Origin: Candidatus Anderseniibacteriota bacterium
GTDB lineage: Bacteria; Patescibacteriota; Andersenbacteria; UBA10190
Direction: 5' to 3'
Assembly (NCBI GenBank): GCA_021414205.1
Contig: JAIOOW010000003.1
Coordinates: 364,365 to 428,364 of the forward strand
Length of the DNA: 64,000 bases
The notes beneath the pieces were generated by a model, which had not been told where the DNA came from, searched no databases, and saw nothing but the letters and a program-made list of their open reading frames with translations. Position 1 is the stretch's first letter. Each line of letters opens with the position of its first letter. Positions 54,054-62,727 of this stretch are shown in pieces. The position numbers were made by a program, and so were the translations under genes.

Positions 54054-54422
54054 CTAGGCGACAATTGGTGCGACTGGTAGTTTTTGTTCGACCATAGAGC
54101 AAAGATTTTCTACTGTGATGCAGGATTTTCTGATCTCCACAAGCTTCGAGTGTTTGCTCTCGGTGAAGCTTGGAAGATGAAAGTGTCTTGCAATGCGGAA
54201 CAATAAGTCTTGCCAATACGATTCGTCGTCAAATCCGAGATCTCGTTCGATTTCAGAATCGAGGGCGACGTCACGAGGGTCAATTCCTAATGTCTGGCCC
54301 ATTGCAAGTATTACGCCGTCAAGAATTTCCGGGCTACACACCTTAAAGCTCCCTTCTAAGCAAGTTGTTGAAACAGCAAACCCACTGGAAATTAATATAG
54401 CGCAAATATTGACTAATGTCAA
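54054..54422 (-). CDS. possible acyl/peptidyl-carrier-protein-like small protein (true start probably internal; ~80-100 aa)
   Basis: ILDGVILAMGQTLGIDPRDVALDSEIERDLGFDDESYWQDLLFRIARHFHLP aligns helix for helix with the ACP pattern (…LGV..EEV…[8 protein letters not shown]..EL…EEF.I.IP). The phosphopantetheinyl Ser position is occupied by Asp. The track start is a TTG codon and the gene abuts the stop of the upstream GT2-ligase gene. Confidence 0.35.
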   Translation of the reverse strand: MTLVNICAILISSGFAVSTTCLEGSFKVCSPEILDGVILAMGQTLGIDPRDVALDSEIERDLGFDDESYWQDLLFRIARHFHLPSFTESKHSKLVEIRKSCITVENLCSMVEQKLPVAPIVA

Positions 54423-56696
54423 CTAATCGTGCATTTTTTGCTGAGAAATAATGGCTGCAAGTACCCAAAATATGGCATTTGTAGGATATACGTCCCAAAT
54501 GTCTACAAAAAGCGCTTGGATAACAAAGCTAGTAATAAAGCCCACTCCCATAATGCCTAGAAGGCGTGTTATTCCCGATTGATTGTTTTTTATAAGGCGT
54601 AAAGATGTTATAAAAAATCTCCAAAAAAGCCATGCAGTAAATACGACACCGATAACCCCCATTTCGATAAATGTTTTTAAGTATTGATTATCTACCAGTG
54701 TGGCATCTTTTGATAATTGAATAGTACGAGAGTCCCCCGTTGCAATGTCGGCGGCTGTTACGTCTGACGGCATAGCTGTCTGCGTGATGCTGCTCCCGAG
54801 CCCTTTGCCGATAATTGCGTCAGTATTGGATGTTTGAGCAATGAGCTGTGTGATAAATCCAAATCGCGCAGCATTGCTGGCATATGTGGGGTCAAAGGCA
54901 CTTCGCAAGAATGTGCCTACGTGGGAAAATTGAAATATTCCCGCTCCTGCAATGAGGAGTGTGGCAAGTGTTACTGCGATATGCTTTTTCTGAATCGTAA
55001 TCCCCCCTGTTCTTTTCCAGATCAGGGTTGCAAATACACTCAGCGCTCCGATAATGAGTGCAATCCACGAGGCTCGCGTATAGGTGAAGTAGAGTAGTGG
55101 GAGCGTTGCGAGAAGCGTTGCGATAATAATAATTCTGTTTCTCGCATGCTTGTATCCCGCAAGTATGTAGCCGATACATAACATTTCTGTCGTTATGAGA
55201 AATTCTGCAAAAGGCGTAGGGTGTCCGAATGTGCTCCCCATTCTCGGAATCCAAATTTGGCGCGCAGGATCAAATCGCAGTACGGTACTGTCGGGGAATG
55301 ATTTGAGCTGAATGATTCCCAGCATCATTACTACTACAAGCGTTGCAAGAAACCACGCAAATCGTGTTGCCATGATTTTTTTTGTATGAGGCAAATATAA
55401 AACTGCGAAATATAGGAGAATATAGAGCAAGATATCTCGTAGGCGTAGTACTGCCAGTACGTGGGAGCTTGCATGGAGCGCCTCGATTATTGCCCATCCC
55501 GATAACGCAATAATGGGAGCAAGCAAACTGTTTTTTCTGTATGGCAATGTTTTATTAAAAAGCGGGACGAGGAATGTTTTGAAAAAAAGAGCAACAATAA
55601 TGACGTCTTTTACTAATGTGATATCGCCTAGCGTCTGCGTAACTTTTAATAACGGCAGCAGTGGCGATAGAACAATCAACAGCAATAACCCTTCTTCGGG
55701 ATTATCCCATACCCACCATGCAACACATGTGAACGCGAGTACTGCTACGCCGAGCTGCATGCTGATAAATAATGCAATAAATAAGGCGCTTACGAGCGCG
55801 ATACTTGCCCAGGCGAAGCGGGAAGAATGTTTTGTAGTACCTATCAAAACGGCAATAGCGTATGCAATCGGGTAGAGGACGACTAATACGGCGTATGAAA
55901 ATGCGCCCAGATGTTTCCTTGCATACACAAGAGCGCTATGAAGGAACGGAGCTGTTTTTTTAGCGCCATACAGCTGGTTAAAACTCACTCCCCCGTAATG
56001 CATAATTTCTGCATGTGGCGTATATATAGTTTCCCATCCATTATTTTTTGCACGTCTGCAATAATCTACTTCTTCAAACCAGATCCAGAATTGTTCATCT
56101 AATACGCCAATTTGTTTTATGACTTCGTTCCGTATTAAAAATCCCGCACCCATGACCTGGTTAACTGATTGCTCTTGCGAATAATCGAAATCGACCATCA
56201 TGTACTTTTTCCAGAACGGTGCATTGGGAATTATTCTCTGCATTTTTAAGAATAGTGTTGCAAGAATGCTGAGCGTCGGGAACCTGCGTACTGATTTCTG
56301 TACGGTGCCGTCTGCATTCGACAGTTTTGCGCCAACGATCCCCGCTTTGCTATTGCGCGATAAAACGGCAACCATATTTTTTATGGCATCTGGGCGTACT
56401 TCTGTATCGGGATTAAGGAGCAGTATGTGATCATCTTGCCCGCCATGTTCGTGAACATATTGAATCCCTAAATTTGTTGCTTTTGAGAATCCGAGGTTTT
56501 GTTGCTGGGATAAGAAGGTGGCAGTCTGCAAATCGGTATTCTGCGCTTTATCCAGCGACCCGTCGATTGAATTATTATCGACTATGACAACATGCCGAAT
56601 CATATCTAATTCCGGAAGCTTTGAAATACTTGCAATACATTGTGCGAGCAAGCCCCCTGTATTCCAATTCACAATAACTATCGAGACCTTTTGCAT
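54423..56696 (-). CDS. fusion protein: N-terminal GT2 glycosyltransferase + C-terminal polytopic O-antigen-ligase/Wzy_C-like domain
   Basis: The N-terminus (MQKVSIVIVNWN…VDNNSIDGS…) is GT-A. The C-terminal ~450 aa have more than 10 TM helices and a large loop typical of the O-antigen ligase/polymerase family. I place the start at the internal Met, so there is no overlap with nif3. Confidence 0.65.
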   Translation of the reverse strand: MQKVSIVIVNWNTGGLLAQCIASISKLPELDMIRHVVIVDNNSIDGSLDKAQNTDLQTATFLSQQQNLGFSKATNLGIQYVHEHGGQDDHILLLNPDTEVRPDAIKNMVAVLSRNSKAGIVGAKLSNADGTVQKSVRRFPTLSILATLFLKMQRIIPNAPFWKKYMMVDFDYSQEQSVNQVMGAGFLIRNEVIKQIGVLDEQFWIWFEEVDYCRRAKNNGWETIYTPHAEIMHYGGVSFNQLYGAKKTAPFLHSALVYARKHLGAFSYAVLVVLYPIAYAIAVLIGTTKHSSRFAWASIALVSALFIALFISMQLGVAVLAFTCVAWWVWDNPEEGLLLLIVLSPLLPLLKVTQTLGDITLVKDVIIVALFFKTFLVPLFNKTLPYRKNSLLAPIIALSGWAIIEALHASSHVLAVLRLRDILLYILLYFAVLYLPHTKKIMATRFAWFLATLVVVMMLGIIQLKSFPDSTVLRFDPARQIWIPRMGSTFGHPTPFAEFLITTEMLCIGYILAGYKHARNRIIIIATLLATLPLLYFTYTRASWIALIIGALSVFATLIWKRTGGITIQKKHIAVTLATLLIAGAGIFQFSHVGTFLRSAFDPTYASNAARFGFITQLIAQTSNTDAIIGKGLGSSITQTAMPSDVTAADIATGDSRTIQLSKDATLVDNQYLKTFIEMGVIGVVFTAWLFWRFFITSLRLIKNNQSGITRLLGIMGVGFITSFVIQALFVDIWDVYPTNAIFWVLAAIISQQKMHD

Positions 56697-56715
56697 ATAT
56701 GGTATAGTATGGTGT

Positions 56716-57474
56716 ATGGCGCATCGTGATGCAATCGTGACATTTTTAGACGAACAATTGCCAGGCGGAGATTTTAATGATCCGAGCTTTAACGGTTTGC
56801 AGGTTGAGGGCAAGGAATCCGTAACAAAGATTGTCACTGGAGTGACAGCCGGGAAGGAATTATTTGCTCGGGCCGCAGAAGCAGAAGCTGATTTTATCGT
56901 TACGCATCACGGACATTATTGGAGATATGGTACACCCTCTCTTACTGGGTGGGAAAAGCGCAGACTTGATATATTGCTGGAAAATAAGATGTCGCTCTAT
57001 GCATCCCATTTGCCACTAGACAAGCACCCGAGACTTGGAAATAACGCTCAGCTGTTAGCATTGCTGAATGCAGAAATTACTAATGACTTCTCTTCTCATG
57101 AGGATACGAGCAGTAGTTATATGGGGATGATTATGCGAGGCAAGCATCTTGATGAAATTACAGGAATTTTGGAAAATGGATTGAATACGAAGTGCATTAC
57201 GCTTCCGTTCGGCCCTGCTATTATTCGCACTGTTGCTGTTGTGTCTGGTGGCGGAGGGTATAAATCGTTTGCAGAAGCGCTTGATGCAAAAGTGGATTTA
57301 TTTATTACAGGCGATACTGCGGAAATATATAATGATGCAAAAGATTCCGGAACAAATGTTATTTTTGCCGGCCACCACGCAACCGAACGCCTTGGAGTGA
57401 AAGCGCTCGGTGATTTACTGCAGAAAACATTCGAAGTGCAGGTAGAATTTATCGACGTTCCTACGGGATTGTGA
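56716..57474 (+). CDS. Nif3-family dinuclear-metal protein (YqfO/YbgI)
   Basis: 253 aa with …FIVTHHGHYW…, …ASHLPLDKH… and …AGHHATE… metal ligands. The start is at the internal ATG at 56716; the track ORF extends upstream to 56518 into the divergent gene. Confidence 0.8.
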   Translation: MAHRDAIVTFLDEQLPGGDFNDPSFNGLQVEGKESVTKIVTGVTAGKELFARAAEAEADFIVTHHGHYWRYGTPSLTGWEKRRLDILLENKMSLYASHLPLDKHPRLGNNAQLLALLNAEITNDFSSHEDTSSSYMGMIMRGKHLDEITGILENGLNTKCITLPFGPAIIRTVAVVSGGGGYKSFAEALDAKVDLFITGDTAEIYNDAKDSGTNVIFAGHHATERLGVKALGDLLQKTFEVQVEFIDVPTGL

Positions 57475-57891
57475 TTATCCCCAAAGAGTGACGATAGCTC
57501 CAATTATTGCAAACTGAACAAGATTATATCCTGCATTCAATGCATATAATTTCCACGACTTCCCTTCCCATAATACTGAGCTCAGCAGAAGAGGTAGTGC
57601 GAATCCTAGCCACGCCCAAAATCCGACCATGAGGCCGTCAGTTATTGTGAGAGCTCCTACTGTTCGAGCAAACATGCCCAACACGGCTGCTAATACTAAT
57701 GATCCGACAAACATCATGCCATATGATTTCATCATGCTCTGTGATTGCTTTGCTTTCATTTGATCTGCGCTCCAACCTTGGAGCTCGGACCATATTTTTC
57801 CGAATAATGGACCGTACCAAATATATCCTAGGATCATGCTTACGATTCCGGATCCGACAATTGCTAATATGCTTACGCTTTCAAACATCAT
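57475..57891 (-). CDS. DUF1761-like small polytopic membrane protein
   Basis: About 138 aa with 4 TM helices. Its ATGA overlap with the upstream GT4 stop indicates translational coupling. Confidence 0.5.
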   Translation of the reverse strand: MMFESVSILAIVGSGIVSMILGYIWYGPLFGKIWSELQGWSADQMKAKQSQSMMKSYGMMFVGSLVLAAVLGMFARTVGALTITDGLMVGFWAWLGFALPLLLSSVLWEGKSWKLYALNAGYNLVQFAIIGAIVTLWG

Positions 57892-58991
57892 AATGTACTC
57901 ACCCCCTTTATAATGCGCAATGTTTCTTGCGCTGTTGTATCCCAGGAAAATTTTGCTGATCGTTCGATGCATCTGCTCGTAACTTCGTCATGGTTGCGCA
58001 ATGCGTATGTTATGCCGTCTGCAATAGATTGGGAAGATAGCGGATCAACAAGCACGCCGGCACCTTCCATGATTTCTTTCGTCGAAGAGCAGTTGCTAGT
58101 AACAACAGGAACTCCGCATGCCCCCGCTTCTATAATCGGGATCCCGAAACCTTCTTGTAGGCTTGGCAATACAAACACCTGAGCGTTTGCGTAGAGTGTT
58201 GGTAATAATTCGTCCGGTACTGCGCCGGTGAGTAAAATATTTTTTCGTGCAGAAGATGTTTTAATACGTTCAAAGATTTCTTTATTATTCCAGCCGTGCC
58301 CGCCTGCTATGACGAGCTGGTGGTCTGAATTCCTTAGAAGTTCAAACGCTTCTACGAGCCTGTCGATATTTTTTCGAGGCTGAATTTGCCCTACAAATAA
58401 AATATAATTATTTTTTATATCAGGATATTTTTCTTGCAGTTTATTAAAGCCATCATGTTTTTCTGTATCTGAAAAAATCTTAAACCGATCATGATCGATA
58501 CCGTGATGTACTACATGTACATTTTTTTCTCTGCCGTAATACTTCTTGATATCTTGCTTCGTCGCATCTGATACCGCGATGATTGTATCTGCCTCCTTGG
58601 CAACTTGGGCAGAAAACGTATGCAAGAGCAGCCAATCCTTTGTTCTAAATTGCGGGCCGTATTCGTGAAATGCTAAGTCGTGAATAACAGCAATTGTTTT
58701 CATCTTTTTCCTGCGTAATATCGGCAACTGCTGAATCGGCATAAACAATACATCTGGATTGTCCCAAAATAAATCCCAGGCAAATCGTGTTTGCGTCCAA
58801 GCTCCCGGCGCAGATGACGAATGCCAGCAAGTGTTCTCCTCTCCTGTGCTCGGTGAGGGGCATGGCCCATAAAAATTCCAACTATCTCCCCGAGCTAATT
58901 CTGGCAATCGCGCCATGAGTTCGCGCGTATATCGCGTCGTTCCATCCGCCCTCCCGGTGCAAATATCCGATGCATCAAATGCGATGTTCAT
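57888..58991 (-). CDS. glycosyltransferase family 4
   Basis: GT-B with …FVGQIQPRKNIDRLVEAF…VIAGGHGW…. Confidence 0.8.
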   Translation of the reverse strand: MNIAFDASDICTGRADGTTRYTRELMARLPELARGDSWNFYGPCPSPSTGEENTCWHSSSAPGAWTQTRFAWDLFWDNPDVLFMPIQQLPILRRKKMKTIAVIHDLAFHEYGPQFRTKDWLLLHTFSAQVAKEADTIIAVSDATKQDIKKYYGREKNVHVVHHGIDHDRFKIFSDTEKHDGFNKLQEKYPDIKNNYILFVGQIQPRKNIDRLVEAFELLRNSDHQLVIAGGHGWNNKEIFERIKTSSARKNILLTGAVPDELLPTLYANAQVFVLPSLQEGFGIPIIEAGACGVPVVTSNCSSTKEIMEGAGVLVDPLSSQSIADGITYALRNHDEVTSRCIERSAKFSWDTTAQETLRIIKGVSTL

Positions 58992-58995
58992 AATG

Positions 58996-61620
58996 TTATC
59001 CTACCGTTTTTTCGAGCAATTTCATAAGCTCTTTTACTCTGTGATCATACCCATGCTGGTGCGCCAACTTTTTGCGAGTATCGGAATCTTTATTTTTTTC
59101 TGCAAGTTGTTTTGTAATAAGTGATGTAAATTCCTTTTGTGTTTTTGCGTACCCGATCATGTCTTTGTATTCTTCGAGCTCCGGCAACCCAGTTGCAATA
59201 ATAGGTTTGCCAGTTGCCATGAATTCCCAGAATTTGAGCGGGAAACTGGAGCGATTATACTCGTTGTTTTTATATGGAATAAGGCAGATATCGAAATGTT
59301 GAACATATGCCGGCACATCTGCGCGAGGGATAGATCCGATCATGTGAACGTTTTTCAAGTTCGTCAGTTTTTTTAATGCTTTTGTTTTTTTGTCTACAAT
59401 CGGAGCGCCAACGAATACAAAATGCCAGGTCGGATTTTTTTCTGCAGTAGCAACGAGCAAATCGAAATCATACTTGTAAGAATCCAGCGCGCCTACTGAT
59501 CCGAGTAGCGGATGTGGGATGCTCTTTAATGCGTTGTCCGCATTCTTTTTTGCGCTACCTGAGATTTCCCTTTCGTATAATTCGACATCGCCCGCGTTCA
59601 ATACTAGTTGCACATTCTTTGCATGTTTTCGTTTTAGTTTAAAGAGATGCTTGGAGGTAACGGTTACTAAATCTGCGCGCTTTAATATAGTTCGCTCTTC
59701 GTCATGTACGCGCTTTGCGTTGCGATTTACTCCCGCTTGCGATGCGTGATTATCTACGCAGTCATATATAACGGTCGCGTCTTTAAACATGGGCAAGTAT
59801 TCAGCCGCCTCGGTGTCATAGAGCCACAGCACCGTGTTTCCTTCTAAAAAGCCGAGCGCACGAGCCGTACTCTGCACTCGTCGCTTATTGAACCAATGAT
59901 TGATGGCACTGATCCATGCAAACTCTCGAGAGCCGGGAATGATATTAAATTGAGACGTTATGTAGAGCAAGTCTGATCGCTGTTCATATTTAAAAACGCG
60001 CAAGAAAAATCGCATCATTTTTTTGGGATGCAATATATTTTCAAATACATACCGAATAATCCATACGCGCGGCTCTATGTATAGCACGGGATATTTTTTA
60101 GAAAGGCGCGCCATGACATGCTGCCTGTTTGTCCAACTCCCTTGGTCGTAGAGGGATCCGGCAAAACAGATAATTCTCGTGCGCGATGCAGATTCAACCG
60201 CGGTGATACTTGTAGAAACGAGGTGATAGTATGTTTCGCTTAGGATGTATACCAGCACGAGAGTATATGCACATATTCTAAATAGAAGTGACGGGTCGGT
60301 GTATAAAAAGATGCTTACAAACCCCAATACCCCGAGCAGGGTGGCGATTCTGATAGGAGTGAGGCGAATATTGAGCATTCGATATGCCATAATAATCATG
60401 AATGCATACGCGATAACGGAGCTTGTAGCCATGCCGGTGACCGCAACAAAAATCGCATTGCTTGAGTACAGTCCAATGCCTGAAAAAATTGCCGCAATTC
60501 CGGTCAGTATTCCAAATGTAATAGCCCGCATCCTCGGTTTGTTTGCAGAAACGAACATGCTGCTAGTTCCAATATCTACAAGTGAATACAAGAAAAAGGC
60601 AATCGTCATAATAATGATATACGGCGTTGCCGGGTAATATGCAGGTTTACGGATCACGATATGCAATATTTCTGGAACGAAAAATAGTAGGGTAATTGTA
60701 ATGAGAGATAGTAACAGTAATACGCGGTGCATCGTGTGTTCTGCGACTTGGAGAAACTTTTTCTTGCTTGTTGCAAAGAGGGTGCTCATCCATGAAAGAT
60801 TTACTTCTGACAATGCCGCTGCAAGAATGATCAACTTCGATCCGAACGTGAGTGAGATATTTAAGTATCCTAATTGGTCGCCACTGATAATTCCTCCGAG
60901 AATTAAAATTGGTAACCGCTGCCAAATAACGTAAAAGATTCTGGAGATATACATATATACGCTGATATGCAGGAGATTTTTCCCATATCGTTTTATTTCT
61001 TGCATATTCGGCAGCGCTAGGCTTCCTGCAAGCTGCTTTGCGACGATACCTCCGATTAGAACAACCATGAGCAGGGTCGTAATAATAATCGACCAAAAGA
61101 ATCCTGCAACGTGATATTTCCATGTTAAGAATCCGAATACGGCAATATTGATTGTTGCTGTAATGATTTGAATGGCATATAGGTGCACGAACTTTTTCAT
61201 TCCTGTAAGAGTTGCGCCTAATACATCTTGCATGCCCTGCAGAATAAGTACGCCAGCAAACATTTGAATATACGGAATAATTTCCGGGCGATGATAAATC
61301 TTCACTGCAATAATTCCTGCCAGTAACGCGAGGGCAAGGGAAAGCGGGATAGTCACGATTTGGCGCGCGATATGGGATACCCAAAAAACTTTTCCGATTT
61401 CGTTTTTGTTGTTCCGTACGGCTATTTCCCGAATGGCCCCGTCTACAATGCCCAAGTGCTGACTCACGCCGATAACTCCCCCGATAGACATGACAAGTCC
61501 GGTAATTCCGTACTCGGTAGGCGATAATACTCGGATAATAATAATGCTTTGAACAATACCCAATACGGTTGTAATCGCCTTCGTTGAGACGGACAGTAAT
61601 TGAATTTTCCCGAGGTTCAT
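58996..61620 (-). CDS. fusion protein: N-terminal Wzx-like MOP-superfamily polysaccharide flippase (~480 aa, 12-14 TM) + C-terminal GT4 glycosyltransferase
   Basis: The N-terminus matches polysaccharide biosynthesis protein/flippase topology. The C-terminal ~390 aa has the GT-B/GT4 motif …GSIPRADVPAYVQHFDICLIPY…. Confidence 0.65.
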   Translation of the reverse strand: MNLGKIQLLSVSTKAITTVLGIVQSIIIIRVLSPTEYGITGLVMSIGGVIGVSQHLGIVDGAIREIAVRNNKNEIGKVFWVSHIARQIVTIPLSLALALLAGIIAVKIYHRPEIIPYIQMFAGVLILQGMQDVLGATLTGMKKFVHLYAIQIITATINIAVFGFLTWKYHVAGFFWSIIITTLLMVVLIGGIVAKQLAGSLALPNMQEIKRYGKNLLHISVYMYISRIFYVIWQRLPILILGGIISGDQLGYLNISLTFGSKLIILAAALSEVNLSWMSTLFATSKKKFLQVAEHTMHRVLLLLSLITITLLFFVPEILHIVIRKPAYYPATPYIIIMTIAFFLYSLVDIGTSSMFVSANKPRMRAITFGILTGIAAIFSGIGLYSSNAIFVAVTGMATSSVIAYAFMIIMAYRMLNIRLTPIRIATLLGVLGFVSIFLYTDPSLLFRICAYTLVLVYILSETYYHLVSTSITAVESASRTRIICFAGSLYDQGSWTNRQHVMARLSKKYPVLYIEPRVWIIRYVFENILHPKKMMRFFLRVFKYEQRSDLLYITSQFNIIPGSREFAWISAINHWFNKRRVQSTARALGFLEGNTVLWLYDTEAAEYLPMFKDATVIYDCVDNHASQAGVNRNAKRVHDEERTILKRADLVTVTSKHLFKLKRKHAKNVQLVLNAGDVELYEREISGSAKKNADNALKSIPHPLLGSVGALDSYKYDFDLLVATAEKNPTWHFVFVGAPIVDKKTKALKKLTNLKNVHMIGSIPRADVPAYVQHFDICLIPYKNNEYNRSSFPLKFWEFMATGKPIIATGLPELEEYKDMIGYAKTQKEFTSLITKQLAEKNKDSDTRKKLAHQHGYDHRVKELMKLLEKTVG

Positions 61621-62711
61621 AATGAGGTGAGGATATCTTCTAAGCTACCAATAATGCTATTCCAGGTGAATTCAGCTGTTACGCGCTGTTTTCCCATTTC
61701 CCCATAGTGCTTTGCTTTATCCGGATTTTCAAGCAGGGTTGTAATTGCTTGAGATATGGATGTGGTATCGCCCGGCTGCGCCAATATGCCCGTCACGCCG
61801 TCTTGTACGGCTTCTGGCACGCCCCCCGTATTTGTTCCAATAACTGGCAATCCGAAATATGCAGCTTCGTTGTATACAATACCGAACCCTTCGTAGTCGC
61901 CTGGCAGCTCTTTTGGAGTAAGCGCGAATAGCTGTGCGCGAGAATATAGCGCATGCACATCCTCATCGGAAATTGCGCCGAGGAATTTCGCATCGATATC
62001 GAGTTTCTGAGCCAGTTGCTCAAGATTGCTTCGTTCTGGCCCATCGCCGACGACGACAATACTCTTTTTTATAATTGCCATTGCGCGAAGTAAATCATCT
62101 ATTCCCTTTCTCTTAACTAATCTTGACACAGTAAGAATATATGGCGCTGTAATATCATATTTTTTCAGCACGTCATCGGGATTATTTTTTTGATCGAGCT
62201 TATCAGTATCTATTCCCGGATACATAAACATCACGCGCTCCTCATGGGCGCCTAATGTTATAACACTTTCCTTTGTTTGCTTATTCATTACTAATACAAA
62301 TGCCGCATCATGTAATACATGGGATGCTTGGGTAGATGTTTTAATATTCGATTTCCATGTGGCAATTTCCATGCCATACGTACACACGATATATGGAGCT
62401 CCCAGTATCTTTTTAACTATTCGTGCAACTCTTCCTTCGAATAGTGTCTTTCCGCAAATAATAGCATCAGGCTTTTGCATCATGGCTCGTACGAGCAGAT
62501 ACAATGCAAACGGCATCCATGATGGTTTTATAATTGGCCAAAAAATTCGTGATGCAATAACGGAAACTCCGGACATCTTTGCAGAACCTGGGGGCGCAAA
62601 TACCGTAATATCATGCTCATGTTTTGCAAGGCTCTCTGCAATACCTGTTATATATCGCTCAATCCCCCCTACTCGAGGCGGCCAATTTTCAGCAATAATC
62701 CATATGTTCAT
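61617..62711 (-). CDS. glycosyltransferase family 4
   Basis: Signature …SRLVKRKGIDDLLRAMAII…VVGDGPE… in a GT-B fold. Confidence 0.8.
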   Translation of the reverse strand: MNIWIIAENWPPRVGGIERYITGIAESLAKHEHDITVFAPPGSAKMSGVSVIASRIFWPIIKPSWMPFALYLLVRAMMQKPDAIICGKTLFEGRVARIVKKILGAPYIVCTYGMEIATWKSNIKTSTQASHVLHDAAFVLVMNKQTKESVITLGAHEERVMFMYPGIDTDKLDQKNNPDDVLKKYDITAPYILTVSRLVKRKGIDDLLRAMAIIKKSIVVVGDGPERSNLEQLAQKLDIDAKFLGAISDEDVHALYSRAQLFALTPKELPGDYEGFGIVYNEAAYFGLPVIGTNTGGVPEAVQDGVTGILAQPGDTTSISQAITTLLENPDKAKHYGEMGKQRVTAEFTWNSIIGSLEDILTSL

Positions 62712-62727
62712 ATGGATTAATCATACA

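Noticed and set aside
56518-56715. N-terminal extension of the Nif3 ORF overlapping the divergent GT2-ligase gene
   Set aside because: The conserved Nif3 N-terminus begins at the internal ATG at 56716. The extension is in the shadow of the minus-strand gene.
60647-61384. 245-aa Arg/Tyr/Cys-rich ORF inside the Wzx-GT4 gene
   Set aside because: Shadow ORF of a long coding region. It has no independent signals.
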